Source of the DNA: Gemmatimonadota bacterium
GTDB taxonomy: Bacteria > Gemmatimonadota > Gemmatimonadetes > Gemmatimonadales > GWC2-71-9
Reading direction: 5' to 3'
Assembly (NCBI GenBank): GCA_039588055.1
Contig: JBDHAN010000009.1
Location: 257 to 64,256 of the forward strand
Length of the DNA stretch: 64,000 nucleotides
Part shown: in pieces, positions 19,411 to 29,246 of the stretch
How positions within the stretch are numbered: position 1 is the first letter of the stretch
Layout: the number at the start of each line of letters is the position of its first letter
Notes under the pieces: generated by a model
What the model was told of the DNA's origin: nothing
What the model saw: only the letters and a program-made list of their open reading frames with translations
Databases searched by the model: none
Program-made: the position numbers and the translations under genes

Positions 19411-21618
19411 TTGACGAATCCGACACCCTAGCCTCCCCCCAATACCGTTGGAGCGATCGTCGTAAATCGAAAAGTAACTGCCGTCGGTCGTGATAGTTAC
19501 CGTGCCATCACGATCGGTGCGCCAAACATCGACGCCGTACTCCGCGAGACGTCGGAGCACCTCTGGCGCCGGATGCCCATACCGATTGCGCCCCACGCTG
19601 ATCACGCCCGCGCGCGGACGGAGCGTCTGAAGCCACTCGTCGGTCGTGCTTCCGGCAGAGCCATGGTGGCCGACCTTGAGGACGTCCACCTCCTTGAGAG
19701 ATTCGAGCAAGGTGCGTTCCACGATACTCCCTGCATCGCCGGCCAGGAGCGCGTCAAAGCACCCGTAACGTAGGTGAATCACGAGCGAGTTCTCGTTGGG
19801 CTCGAGCTGTCCCTCCACCCACTCGGACGACGGATGGAGCACCGCAATCACGACGGAATCCACCACGATCGTGTCACCGGCGCGGGCCGGCACCCACTGT
19901 GTGCCCATCGCGTCCACTCCTGCCAGGAACTCACGGTACACCGGTGACGCGAGCGGTTGCCCGGGCTCGACGACCATCCCGGCCTCATACGCACGCAACA
20001 CCGCGGGAACACCGCCCACGTGATCGGCGTCGCCGTGCGACACGGCCACGGCCGTAAGTCGCCGCACGGCGTTCCGCCGGAGGAACGGGACCACCACACT
20101 GCGGCCGGCATCACGCGTGGGTGTTCGGGGCCCACCGTCGACGAGGAGCCAGCGGTTCGCCGCCGTTCGAAGCACGATGGCGTCACCCTGCCCCACGTCG
20201 AGCACGTGGATCGTGAGGGTGCCTGGATCTCCGACGCCGGGCCAGGCACGCACGGCAACGAGCATCCAGCTGCCGGTCGCCGCCATCACGAGCATCCGGT
20301 ACCGCACCACGGGCCACCGTCTTCGGCGGCCGGCTACCCACATGCCCGCCGCGATCCCGATGAGCCAAGGCGTCGCAAACGCCCAACCTGGTGGGCCATT
20401 GAGATGCCCACCAGGGATTCGGCCACAGACGTATGCCACTCGCTCGATCAGGGCGAGCACCACTCCACTGCCACCCGCCAGCACGTCGCCGACAACGAGG
20501 CTGGCCAGCACGCCGGGCACTGCGACGGCTGCCAGTGGAATTGCGACCAGGTTGGAGATCAGCCCGACCGGGGCTACGGCTCCGAAGGCAAATGCGGTGA
20601 TCGGCGCAGTTGCCGCAACCGCTCCGCACGAGGCGACGGCGAGTCGGACCACGGCCACACGGCGGAAGCGCGGCACGAGAATTCTGCTTCCCCATCCCGT
20701 ACCGAGCACTGCCGCCACCGAGAGCCAGGCTCCGACCTCGCCGGCGGCACCCGGATTCACCTGAGTCACCAGCAGTACGGCGACCGCAAGCACGGCAAAC
20801 GGCGAGGGATGCCGCTGCCGCAAACGGGCAAGGGCGTAGATGCTTACGAATGCCGCCGCGCGGGTAGCGGGCGTCGGGAATCCGAGGAGCGTGACATAGC
20901 CCCAAGTCAGTGCGGCGGCTCCCGCCCACGCCCACCGCCTCACTCTCGCCACGCGGAGCAGCAGCACGAGCCAGCCGGCCAGCACGCCGACATGCAGTCC
21001 GGAGATTGCCAGCAGGTGCGCGATGCCTGCGTCGGCGAACTCGTAACGGAGTTCGGGTGCGATGTCTAACCGCCTGCCAAGCACTAGCGCCTCGACCAAA
21101 GGCGCGCGCTCGCCGTACAACGAACGGACGCGCCGTGCGACCAGGTCGCGCGTGACAAACCGCCAGTGACGGCGGCGGTGCAACTCCCGGACGTGTGTGA
21201 GTCGAAGCACGCCAGCTGCGTAGTACTGTCCCACCCCGACAAGCAAGGTCCCAGCGTGTACCTCGACGCCCGACACGTTGAGCCGTAGCGTTCCGCGACA
21301 CCCTTCAGGAGCATGCGTCACGGTCGCGGTGGTGGTTCGGCGCCGGCCCGGAGCGTCGTGCACCCGCATGAGCGCTGTCTTCGGCCCCGCCTCCCAGCGG
21401 GACCGGCAGGCCAAACGTGACCGCTCAGCGTGGAGGGTTCCGGTGACCGCACCGACGAAGCACGCGCCAAGCAATGCACCGCGCCACGCCTGCCACCGCC
21501 CGAGCGCGACACTGGCAACGGCCCATGCCCAGAACACCGCATCGGGCACCAAAAGAACGAGGCCGATCCAGAGACCGGCCGCGAAGACGACTGCCAGTTG
21601 GGAGACCGGCGGGATCAC
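19411..21618 (-). CDS. comEC: ComEC/Rec2 DNA internalization channel with C-terminal metallo-beta-lactamase domain; no stop codon before fbp
   Basis: 5' part of the 1049-aa ORF. Multi-TM competence domain (YEFADAGIAHLLAISGLHVG) and an MBL domain (IHVLDVGQGDAIVL...VSHGDADHVGG...LKVGHHGS...NRYGHPAPEVL). The 3' boundary is arbitrary because the frame stays open into fbp. Confidence 0.8.
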
Positions 21619-21639
21619 GCGCCGGCCCTCGAGCTGATG

Positions 21640-22974
21640 CTAGCCCACGACCGCCAGATCCCGTCCCGTCGTTGCGACCACGCCCGAGAACGTCGCGCCG
21701 GTGGTCCCCACCAACCGAACGTCGCGATAGCTCCCGATCCAAGACGGTGGACCATCGACCAGCACGACCTTGTTGGTGCGGGTTCGTGCCTGAAGCCGTC
21801 CTCCCCGTCGGGCGGGTTTTTCCACCAACACCTCATGGGTGGTTCCGACAAGCGAGAGGTTCTTGCGACGTGCCACGTCGCGAACGACCGCGATGAGCCG
21901 TTCCAACCGCTCGCCTGATGTGCGATTGGCAACGGCATTGCCCAGCTTGAGCGCGCCGGTGCCTTCGCGCGGTGAGTACTTGAAGGTGAAGGCGTCGTCG
22001 AATTGTACCTCGCGCACCAGACTCACGGTCTCGGCGAAGTCCTCGTCCGCTTCGCCCGGGAATCCGACAATGATGTCGGTCGTGATCGCCAACCCGGGGA
22101 TGGCAGAGCGCAAACGCCGTACGCAATCCAGATATGCGGCGCGGTCGTAGCGGCGCCCCATGCGCTTGAGCACGCGGGACGAGCCACTCTGTACGGGCAG
22201 ATGTACGTGCTCGCACACCGACTCCACTTCGGCCATGGCTGCGATGACGTGCTCAGTGAAGTCGTTGGGATACGGACTCGTGAACCGAACACGACGGATT
22301 CCGGAGATGCTTCCGACGGCGCGAAGTAGGTCGGCGAAGTCGCTGGTGCCGTCATGATAGCTGTTCACGGTCTGCCCCAGCAGCGTGACCTCGGACACCC
22401 CTGCATCCACCAGCCGTCGAACCTCTCGAGCGATGTCATCGAGCATACGGCTTCGCTCGCGGCCCCGTGTCATCGGAACCACGCAGAACGTGCACCGATA
22501 ATCGCAGCCACGCTGAACGGTGACGAACGCGCTCGGCTGCCCCTCCGTCCGTTGCGCCGGGACGTCTTCGTAGTGCTCCCACGATTTGAACACGACGTCG
22601 GTGACGCGCGTCCCCGCCTCCGCGCTCGCAATGAGATCACCGAGCCCTCGATAGCCATCCGGTCCGACGACCAGATCGACGTGTGGCGTCTGCTCGAGCA
22701 ACCGGTCCCCCAACCGCTGCGCCATGCAGCCGACCACGCCCAACACCACGCCTGGCTTCTTGTACCGCTTGAGCTCGCCCATTCGGCCGAGCACGCGCTG
22801 CTCCGCGTTGTCCCGCACGGCACACGTGTTGACCAACAGCACGTCCGCCGCATCGGGATCGTTGGTGGAGACATAGCCTTCCTGGCCGAGCTGGCCGAGG
22901 ATCAGCTCGGAGTCGGCCACGTTCATCTGGCAGCCGTATGTCTCGACGTAGACTCGCCGGCGAAACCTGGTCAT
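21640..22974 (-). CDS. miaB: tRNA-2-methylthio-N6-dimethylallyladenosine synthase
   Basis: 444 aa. YVETYGCQMNVADSE and the radical-SAM CDYRCTFCVVP motif, plus a TRAM C-terminus. Confidence 0.9.
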   Translation of the reverse strand: MTRFRRRVYVETYGCQMNVADSELILGQLGQEGYVSTNDPDAADVLLVNTCAVRDNAEQRVLGRMGELKRYKKPGVVLGVVGCMAQRLGDRLLEQTPHVDLVVGPDGYRGLGDLIASAEAGTRVTDVVFKSWEHYEDVPAQRTEGQPSAFVTVQRGCDYRCTFCVVPMTRGRERSRMLDDIAREVRRLVDAGVSEVTLLGQTVNSYHDGTSDFADLLRAVGSISGIRRVRFTSPYPNDFTEHVIAAMAEVESVCEHVHLPVQSGSSRVLKRMGRRYDRAAYLDCVRRLRSAIPGLAITTDIIVGFPGEADEDFAETVSLVREVQFDDAFTFKYSPREGTGALKLGNAVANRTSGERLERLIAVVRDVARRKNLSLVGTTHEVLVEKPARRGGRLQARTRTNKVVLVDGPPSWIGSYRDVRLVGTTGATFSGVVATTGRDLAVVG

Positions 22975-24218
22975 GCGGTGGGCTCAGCGCGCAGGTCACC
23001 GTCGGGCCGGAAGTCGAGACGGGCGACGAAACGACTCGGCGGCATCTGGTCGGTGGGGACATGCACCGTCAGATAGTCCTCGGTGAGCGCCTCGAAGCGA
23101 CCGTGCGAACGCCGAAGCACCACGACGTCGGCCACGCCACCGCTCCGGCTGTGTCGGTGCGCAGCGCCCTTCTCGGCGGCGACTCTTCGCAGGATTGCCG
23201 AGCGCGAGGCCGTGACGGCAGCATCCACCGGCGGACCGATTCGCTGCGCCGCAACGTCGGGCCGCTCGGAGTATGGGAACACGTGCAGGTATGTGAACGG
23301 GAGCGCCTGAACGAGATCCACGGTCGCAGCGAAATCGTCTTCGGTTTCACCGGGGAACCCCACCATGACATCGGCCCCCAGCCCGAGCGTGGGAAGTCGA
23401 TCGGCAATGCGCTCGATACAGGCCCGGTAGGTGCCGGCCGTGTACCAGTGCCGCCCCATGCGCTTCAGCACACGATCGGATCCGGACTGCAGTGGCGCAT
23501 GGAGGTGTGGCGCGAGGCGAGCGGGATCCGTCGCCATCAACTCGACCACGCGCTCCTCGACCTGCGTCGCTTCCAACGACGAAAGCCGAAACCGAGCGTC
23601 AGGCACGCGGGTGACCAGTTGCGCGACGAGGGTGCCCAACCCGATGCGATCGACCAGGTCCCTTCCGTAGGAACCGATGTGCACACCGGTAAGCACGATC
23701 TCACGGTGACGCCGCGCGAGCTCGGACGCCTCGGTGATGATCTCTTCCGGGTCCCGCGATCGGGATCCGCCACGAGCGACTGTCGTCGCGCAGAACGTGC
23801 AGTGCTCATCGCATCCATCCTGGATCTTAAGCCACGCTCGAGCCACACCGGAGAACGAGTGCAAGACCGCATCAATCGGCGTCGCCGGCAGTCCGAGCGC
23901 ATGCAACACTGGCTCGGGGGCACTGCCACCCGCGACCTGGACGACATTCGGAAGCGTCGCGAGGCCTCCGTCATCGCATGCCGCGGCACAACCCATGACC
24001 ACGGTGCGGACTTCCGGGTTGGTGCGGGCAATTCGGCGGACCAGGCCACGCATCTTGGCCTCGCTCACGTGCGTCACCGTGCACGAGTTCACGACTGCCA
24101 CGTCAAATTGTGCACCATCGACTGCAATGGTTGCGCCCGCATCCTCCAATGCCTGACGGACGACTTCCGTGTCGTATTGGTTTGCCTTACAACCGAAGGT
24201 GTGGAGGGAGACCCGCAT
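22971..24218 (-). CDS. mtaB: MtaB-like tRNA t6A37 methylthiotransferase (radical SAM)
   Basis: 415 aa. MRVSLHTFGCKANQYDTE, CDEHCTFCATT. 4-nt overlap with miaB. Confidence 0.8.
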   Translation of the reverse strand: MRVSLHTFGCKANQYDTEVVRQALEDAGATIAVDGAQFDVAVVNSCTVTHVSEAKMRGLVRRIARTNPEVRTVVMGCAAACDDGGLATLPNVVQVAGGSAPEPVLHALGLPATPIDAVLHSFSGVARAWLKIQDGCDEHCTFCATTVARGGSRSRDPEEIITEASELARRHREIVLTGVHIGSYGRDLVDRIGLGTLVAQLVTRVPDARFRLSSLEATQVEERVVELMATDPARLAPHLHAPLQSGSDRVLKRMGRHWYTAGTYRACIERIADRLPTLGLGADVMVGFPGETEDDFAATVDLVQALPFTYLHVFPYSERPDVAAQRIGPPVDAAVTASRSAILRRVAAEKGAAHRHSRSGGVADVVVLRRSHGRFEALTEDYLTVHVPTDQMPPSRFVARLDFRPDGDLRAEPTA

Positions 24219-25366
24219 CAGGGCCGAAGTACGACCCCGAAGGACAGCTGCCAGGCACGTTCCTTCGCCCCGGCCCCGTCCCGCAGCACGCGCTCGAGCG
24301 CGAACTCCAACATCGCACGCCCGCCGGCGAAGACGAATCCCGAGCCCGCGGAGAGGTCGATCTCGCGAGCCTGCTCGTCCGTGCGGCTGAACGGGAGCTG
24401 CGCGTAGCGAACACCGACTCTGAGGGGGATGGCAGACGTGCCGATGTCCGGGCCGCCGAACTCGAGTCCCGTGCCGACATCCCAGGTGTCAAATGCCGTG
24501 ATACCGGCACCCACGGGAATGTCATCATTGGCGGCCGCCCACGAACGCCAGCTCGCCGACGTAGAGAGTCGCAGTGTCGGGAGAAGCAGTGCGGAAAACC
24601 CGCCCGACACTGTCGTCGGAAGTTGAATCTCGATGGCGGGCAGCAGCGTTCCCGCAGCTTCCAACTTCGAGTCGCGGCGAACGCTCATTCCAAGCCTGAG
24701 TCGCTGAAATGGCGTGTACACCGCTCCCGCGGACACCCCCCATCCGGTGTACGACACGTCCCCGGACTGCGTGACGGGCACGTACTGCGGATCGTCAAAC
24801 GTGCGGATCCCCCGCTCCCGAGTCGAACCACTGAGCACATGGACCGCTGCGCCTACCTGCAGTGCGCGACTCACATACCATCCCAATGCGCTGCGAAGAT
24901 CTGCAACACCGCCATCCGATGACAAGCGATCGTCGACACCGACCACCTCACCGCGAATCAGCACGGAGTCACTGGTCGTCAACTCATAGGTTCGATCGGC
25001 GTAGAGCGAGTAGCTGAGTCCGAACGACAGCGGCGAGGATCCCAACTGTCCCTCGACGATGGCGAGCGGGAACCGCGTGTCGCGGAGGTCCCCAGTGGAG
25101 ACACCGTCGGCCTCGTATGCCCGACCGGTCGTCACGAAGTATCCGGAAACCGTCAGCCGTCGCTGCAGCGCGATGGCACCCGGATTCACCGTCGAACGGG
25201 GATCGACCGCCGCGGTCCCGTCGCCCATTGCACGCGCCGCGAGGCTCGTGGGCCGGTTGGGAAAGCCGATGCCCAGGACGCTATACACGGACACCTGTGC
25301 GACGGCTGGACGCACCCCCGCGGTTAGCAGCAGGACGACTCCAAGTACCAACCCGGAGCGTGTCAC
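24218..25366 (-). CDS. Predicted outer-membrane beta-barrel protein (FadL/PorV-like pattern), function unknown
   Basis: 382 aa. Signal peptide MTRSGLVLGVVLLLTAGVRPAVAQ and GIGFPN...ARAMGDGTAAVDPRSTVNPGAIA near the N-terminus, followed by alternating amphipathic strands throughout. Confidence 0.55.
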   Translation of the reverse strand: MTRSGLVLGVVLLLTAGVRPAVAQVSVYSVLGIGFPNRPTSLAARAMGDGTAAVDPRSTVNPGAIALQRRLTVSGYFVTTGRAYEADGVSTGDLRDTRFPLAIVEGQLGSSPLSFGLSYSLYADRTYELTTSDSVLIRGEVVGVDDRLSSDGGVADLRSALGWYVSRALQVGAAVHVLSGSTRERGIRTFDDPQYVPVTQSGDVSYTGWGVSAGAVYTPFQRLRLGMSVRRDSKLEAAGTLLPAIEIQLPTTVSGGFSALLLPTLRLSTSASWRSWAAANDDIPVGAGITAFDTWDVGTGLEFGGPDIGTSAIPLRVGVRYAQLPFSRTDEQAREIDLSAGSGFVFAGGRAMLEFALERVLRDGAGAKERAWQLSFGVVLRP

Positions 25367-26577
25367 GGTTGCTCCAAGAAACGCGGCACGTAGGTGATAT
25401 GGATGGCAGGGGCGCCGGCGGTGCTTTGACTCGAGCGCAACCGCACTTCACCCAAGCTCGATGCTTCAGGCGCTAGTCCCAGCAGGATCGATCGGGCAAC
25501 GGAAGAATCGTTCTGCCACGGAATTACGATCCGTGTGATGTCGATCCGCATCGTGTCGGCGCTTCCGACAGGAAGATCCGCAACCCCTCGAGTGACCGAG
25601 TCCTGCCCCACCCCGAACAGGGGCGACTTGAGCCCGACGTCAGCGCGCACGGCAAAGGTCCGCACCGTGACGCTGTCACCAGGACCACCGAGAACGGGTC
25701 CGTCCAGAACCATGAGGAGCGTCGCGCGGACCACGTCGGAGGAGTCCAGGATCTTCGGGGGGATGGCAACGCGCACGATCGTGCGGGCCGAGGGAATGCC
25801 GCCCACCACGAGTATGCCTGCGGCCGGGTCCGGCAATGGAGGTGCTACGAAGGTGTCGAACGCTCCCGACCGCGAGTCTTCGAGCACGATACTCGTGCCG
25901 GCCGAGTCGGCCGTGACGTAACGTCGCATGAACGGGCCGACGGCCACCGACGATTCCTGCGTCGCAAAGTCTGCGAACCCGCCGGAATCGGCACGGAGCG
26001 TGAGTCCCACCGCCAGCGTGAAGCTGTCCGTGACATACGCGGGGAAGGCCGCAACGGGAATGACCACCGACGGATTCCCCACGGTGTCGATGAGCGCGAT
26101 CGTGGCGACCTCTGTGCTGTCATCGATGAACGGCACCACGTCGTTGTAGCTCGTGCTCGAATCGAGCCCGATCGGCAGCCGGTGCACCACAAGAACCAAG
26201 CTGTCCCCGGTCGCCGAGAGCCTGAATTGCTCGAGTTCGAGCTTGAATGAGTCGACAGACTGTACGGGGATAAAGCCGGTGCCCGAGGCGATCGAATCGG
26301 AGAACGGAAAGAACTGGACGACGCCAACGCTGCTCCTGCCCGCGGGGTCGGCGACGATCTGCATCGTGCCGACCCTTTGCGGAAGGATGAAGCCTCGTCC
26401 CCATTCTTCCCGCTCGACGACTCCCGTCACGACCGTATCGAACACCTCGAGCTGGGCCGGTGGACAGAAGTTCGGGCAGGCACCGGGCGCCGTCACAGTC
26501 TCCTGACACGCCGCCGCAAGCAGCGCAAGCGTCGCCAACCAGGCGATGACGGCTGGACCGCTCCGACGCTCGATCAT
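25363..26577 (-). CDS. Predicted lipoprotein, function unknown
   Basis: From ATG at 26577 (ATGA overlap with the cdd stop): MIERRSGPAVIAWLATLALLAAAC (lipobox LAAAC). ~404 aa and beta-rich; I recognise no motif with confidence. Confidence 0.55.
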   Translation of the reverse strand: MIERRSGPAVIAWLATLALLAAACQETVTAPGACPNFCPPAQLEVFDTVVTGVVEREEWGRGFILPQRVGTMQIVADPAGRSSVGVVQFFPFSDSIASGTGFIPVQSVDSFKLELEQFRLSATGDSLVLVVHRLPIGLDSSTSYNDVVPFIDDSTEVATIALIDTVGNPSVVIPVAAFPAYVTDSFTLAVGLTLRADSGGFADFATQESSVAVGPFMRRYVTADSAGTSIVLEDSRSGAFDTFVAPPLPDPAAGILVVGGIPSARTIVRVAIPPKILDSSDVVRATLLMVLDGPVLGGPGDSVTVRTFAVRADVGLKSPLFGVGQDSVTRGVADLPVGSADTMRIDITRIVIPWQNDSSVARSILLGLAPEASSLGEVRLRSSQSTAGAPAIHITYVPRFLEQP

Positions 26578-26975
26578 TCCTCCCCGCCTTCCAGATCTGC
26601 CTCGAGAAACGCATCGGGCAGGAGCTCGGCCAAGGACCAGTGCCGGGAGCTCCGAGGGCCCGCCGACTCGATGTCCAGCTCCAGCCCGAACTCCGCCAGC
26701 GCCTGCCGACATGCGCCGCACGGGGCGACCGGTGGTTCTGACTGCGCGACAATTACGAGCCGCCGGAACTGCCGCACACCCTCCGCCACTGCCGCCCCCA
26801 GCGCCACTCGCTCGGCGCAGATGGTCACACCGAAGGAGGCGTTCTCGACATTCGCGCCAGCAAACACGCGGCCGTCGACCGCCTCGAGCGCGGCGCCGAC
26901 TCGATAGCGGCTGTAGGGGGCGTGGGCGTTCTGTTGTGCCGCACGCGCCGCCACCACCAGAGCCTCAGCGCTCAT
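26574..26975 (-). CDS. cdd: Cytidine deaminase
   Basis: 133 aa. HAPYSRYRVGAAL...CAERVAL...PCGACRQ (zinc-binding CAE / PCxxC). Confidence 0.9.
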   Translation of the reverse strand: MSAEALVVAARAAQQNAHAPYSRYRVGAALEAVDGRVFAGANVENASFGVTICAERVALGAAVAEGVRQFRRLVIVAQSEPPVAPCGACRQALAEFGLELDIESAGPRSSRHWSLAELLPDAFLEADLEGGEE

Positions 26976-28147
26976 GGTGCGACCTCAGCCAGAAAGGATG
27001 TACCCGTCTCCCACACGCCTCCAAAATAGTCAGCTACCGTGGCTCCGATATCCGCGAAGCCAGAGCGGTCGCCGAGCTCCACCGGTCGCACCGTCGGCCC
27101 CGCGACCAGCACCGGCACCATCTCACGGGAATGATCGGTGGACGGCGTCGTCGGGTCGTTGCCATGGTCTGCCGTGAAGATCATGAGATCGTCGTCTCGC
27201 AAGCTGTCTAAGAGGGCCGGCAATGCACGGTCGAGCTCCTGTAGCCCCTGATAGAACCCCTCAACGTCGTTGCGGTGCCCCCAGCTCTGATCGAATTCGA
27301 TCACGTTGGCAAACAGCAAGCCCGTGGTCATGCTCTCGAGCGCCTCGCCGATGCGTTGAAACGCCTCCGCATTCGTTGGCATGTGCGTGCTCGAGATGGA
27401 CCGACCGGCGAAGAGGTCGTCCACTTTACCTACCCCGACGCGCGGCACACCGTCTCGCGCGAGCACGTCCAACAGGGTATCGCCGGGCGGCACCAGCGAG
27501 AAGTCTCGCCGGTTTGGAGTCCGTTGGAAGCTGCCCGGTGATCCGGTGAAGGGTCGTGCGATGACGCGCGAGACGGCATGCTCGCCGCTCAACACTCGTT
27601 CTCGCGCCACCTCACACGCATTGTAGAGCTCGGCCAGCGGCACCCGATCCTCATGTGCCGCCACCTGGAAGACGCTTTCAGCCGACGTGTAGACGATCCA
27701 GTCGCCACTCGCGACATGTTCTCTGCCCAGCTCGTCGATGATGGCGGTGCCGGACGCCGCCCGATTGCCCAGCACGCCACGCCCCGTGGCTTCCGAGAAT
27801 GCCTCGATCACGTCCGGCGGAAACCCATCCGGATAGGTCGGGAAGGGTTGGTCCAGCACTAGCCCGCAGAGCTCCCAGTGGCCGGTGGTGGAGTCCTTCC
27901 CAGGTGACCGGGGGATGGCAACTCCATGTGCGGCGCCCGGTGCAGTGCACTCGATCCCCTCGAGCGGACGGCAGCACCCGAGCCCGAGACGCTCGAGATT
28001 GGGAAGCTCGAACCCGCCGACAGCCGTCGCTACGTTGCCCAACGTGTCGCTGCCGACGTCGCCGTAGCGATCGGCGTCTGGCGCAGCGCCGATGCCGACC
28101 CCGTCCAAGACAATGAGGGCAACTCTGCCCGAGCGCCGTCGGCTCAC
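26972..28147 (-). CDS. deoB: Phosphopentomutase
   Basis: VALIVLDGVGIGAAPDADRYGDVGSDTLGN...GKDSTTGHWE...FTADHGNDPT. The GTG start at 28147 overlaps the alr stop (GTGA); track ORF is 26972..28219. Confidence 0.9.
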   Translation of the reverse strand: MSRRRSGRVALIVLDGVGIGAAPDADRYGDVGSDTLGNVATAVGGFELPNLERLGLGCCRPLEGIECTAPGAAHGVAIPRSPGKDSTTGHWELCGLVLDQPFPTYPDGFPPDVIEAFSEATGRGVLGNRAASGTAIIDELGREHVASGDWIVYTSAESVFQVAAHEDRVPLAELYNACEVARERVLSGEHAVSRVIARPFTGSPGSFQRTPNRRDFSLVPPGDTLLDVLARDGVPRVGVGKVDDLFAGRSISSTHMPTNAEAFQRIGEALESMTTGLLFANVIEFDQSWGHRNDVEGFYQGLQELDRALPALLDSLRDDDLMIFTADHGNDPTTPSTDHSREMVPVLVAGPTVRPVELGDRSGFADIGATVADYFGGVWETGTSFLAEVAP

Positions 28148-29211
28148 GGGCCCACGTACTCGCGGGCGAGCCGCGTCTTCAAGCGAACGAGCGCCTCGTA
28201 GGCGATCGTGTCGCCCCACCGAGCGAACTCATCAATCGTGATCTCGCCCTCTCCATCGGTCCCCACGACCGTCGCCATGTCGCCCACCCGCACAGTGGAC
28301 TCCGGGCCAACATCGATCATGACGAAGTCCATCGTCACTCTGCCAACAATCGGAACACGCGCGCCGCCCAGCAGTACCTCTGCCCTCCCCTGCACGTTCC
28401 GCGGAATGCCATCGGCATAGCCGATCCCCAGCGTTGCGACGACAGTGGGCTTGGGTGCCTCCCACTCGGCCCCGTAGCTCACGGTCGCACCGGCGGGCAC
28501 GTGGCGCACGCTCACGACGGGTGCGCGCACGGTTGCGACCGGATTGGGGGCAGGCAGGTCAGGCGCGTGCTCGCCGCCGTAGAGAAAGATCCCGGGCCGC
28601 ACGAGATCGAGCTGTGTTTGCAGGCGCCACGCTCCGGCACTATTGGCGGCGTGAAGGAGGCTGGGGCGCCGCGGCAAGACTGCAAGCGCTCGTTCGAACC
28701 GTTCCCACTGCTCGTGAACGGTGTCAGACCCTTCGTCAGCGGCATAGAAGTGGGTGAACGCCCCCTCCAGCTTGTCAGAGTCGAAGTCACGCAGGGTGGC
28801 CTCCGCGTCCCACCGGACGCCACAGCGCCCCATGCCGCTGTCCACCTCGAGATGAAACGGCAGCGACCACCCACGGGCTGCCTTGGGGTCGTCCAGCACC
28901 GCCCGCAGATCGTGCGAGCGATACTGGGGCTCCAGCTTCGACGTGGCTGGCGTGAACACGAGAACGGGTCGGGTGATACCCACATCGCGCAGCTCAATCG
29001 CTTCCACCACCGTGGCAACCGCGTAGCCCCACGGATCGAGCGATTCGAGCGCTCGAACGACCGGGATCACCCCCAGCCCGTAGGCGTCGGCTTTGACAAC
29101 GGGAAGGAGAGCGGCGCCCCCGGCGGCTGCCTGCACCGTCTGCACATTGGCCAGAAGGTTTGCCAGGTCGACGCTGACCCAGGCGCGGTTGGACGTCACC
29201 TGCGTTGACAT
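28144..29211 (-). CDS. alr: Alanine racemase
   Basis: VVKADAYGLGVIPV (PLP-Lys motif), HAANSAGAW, GYADGIPR. ATG at 29211 (MSTQVTSNRAWVSVDL) is preferred over the track start at 29265, which would overlap mazG. Confidence 0.88.
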   Translation of the reverse strand: MSTQVTSNRAWVSVDLANLLANVQTVQAAAGGAALLPVVKADAYGLGVIPVVRALESLDPWGYAVATVVEAIELRDVGITRPVLVFTPATSKLEPQYRSHDLRAVLDDPKAARGWSLPFHLEVDSGMGRCGVRWDAEATLRDFDSDKLEGAFTHFYAADEGSDTVHEQWERFERALAVLPRRPSLLHAANSAGAWRLQTQLDLVRPGIFLYGGEHAPDLPAPNPVATVRAPVVSVRHVPAGATVSYGAEWEAPKPTVVATLGIGYADGIPRNVQGRAEVLLGGARVPIVGRVTMDFVMIDVGPESTVRVGDMATVVGTDGEGEITIDEFARWGDTIAYEALVRLKTRLAREYVGP

Positions 29212-29234
29212 GCTCTCGAAGGGAGGCGTATTGT
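29205..29234 (+). promoter_or_regulatory. Candidate sigma-70-type promoter for mazG (TTGACA-N18-TATTGT), giving a very short 5' UTR
   Basis: TTGACA at 29205-29210 (inside the first alr codons on the other strand) and TATTGT at 29229-29234. The mazG ATG at 29247 lies 13 nt downstream of the -10. Confidence 0.3.
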
Positions 29235-29246
29235 ACCGGCCCGAGT

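Noticed and set aside
21640-24218. Tandem radical-SAM methylthiotransferases as a possible recent duplication
   Set aside because: The N-termini distinguish them as different orthologous families (MiaB: YVETYGCQMNVADSE; MtaB: LHTFGCKANQYDTE). Adjacency of the two is unremarkable.
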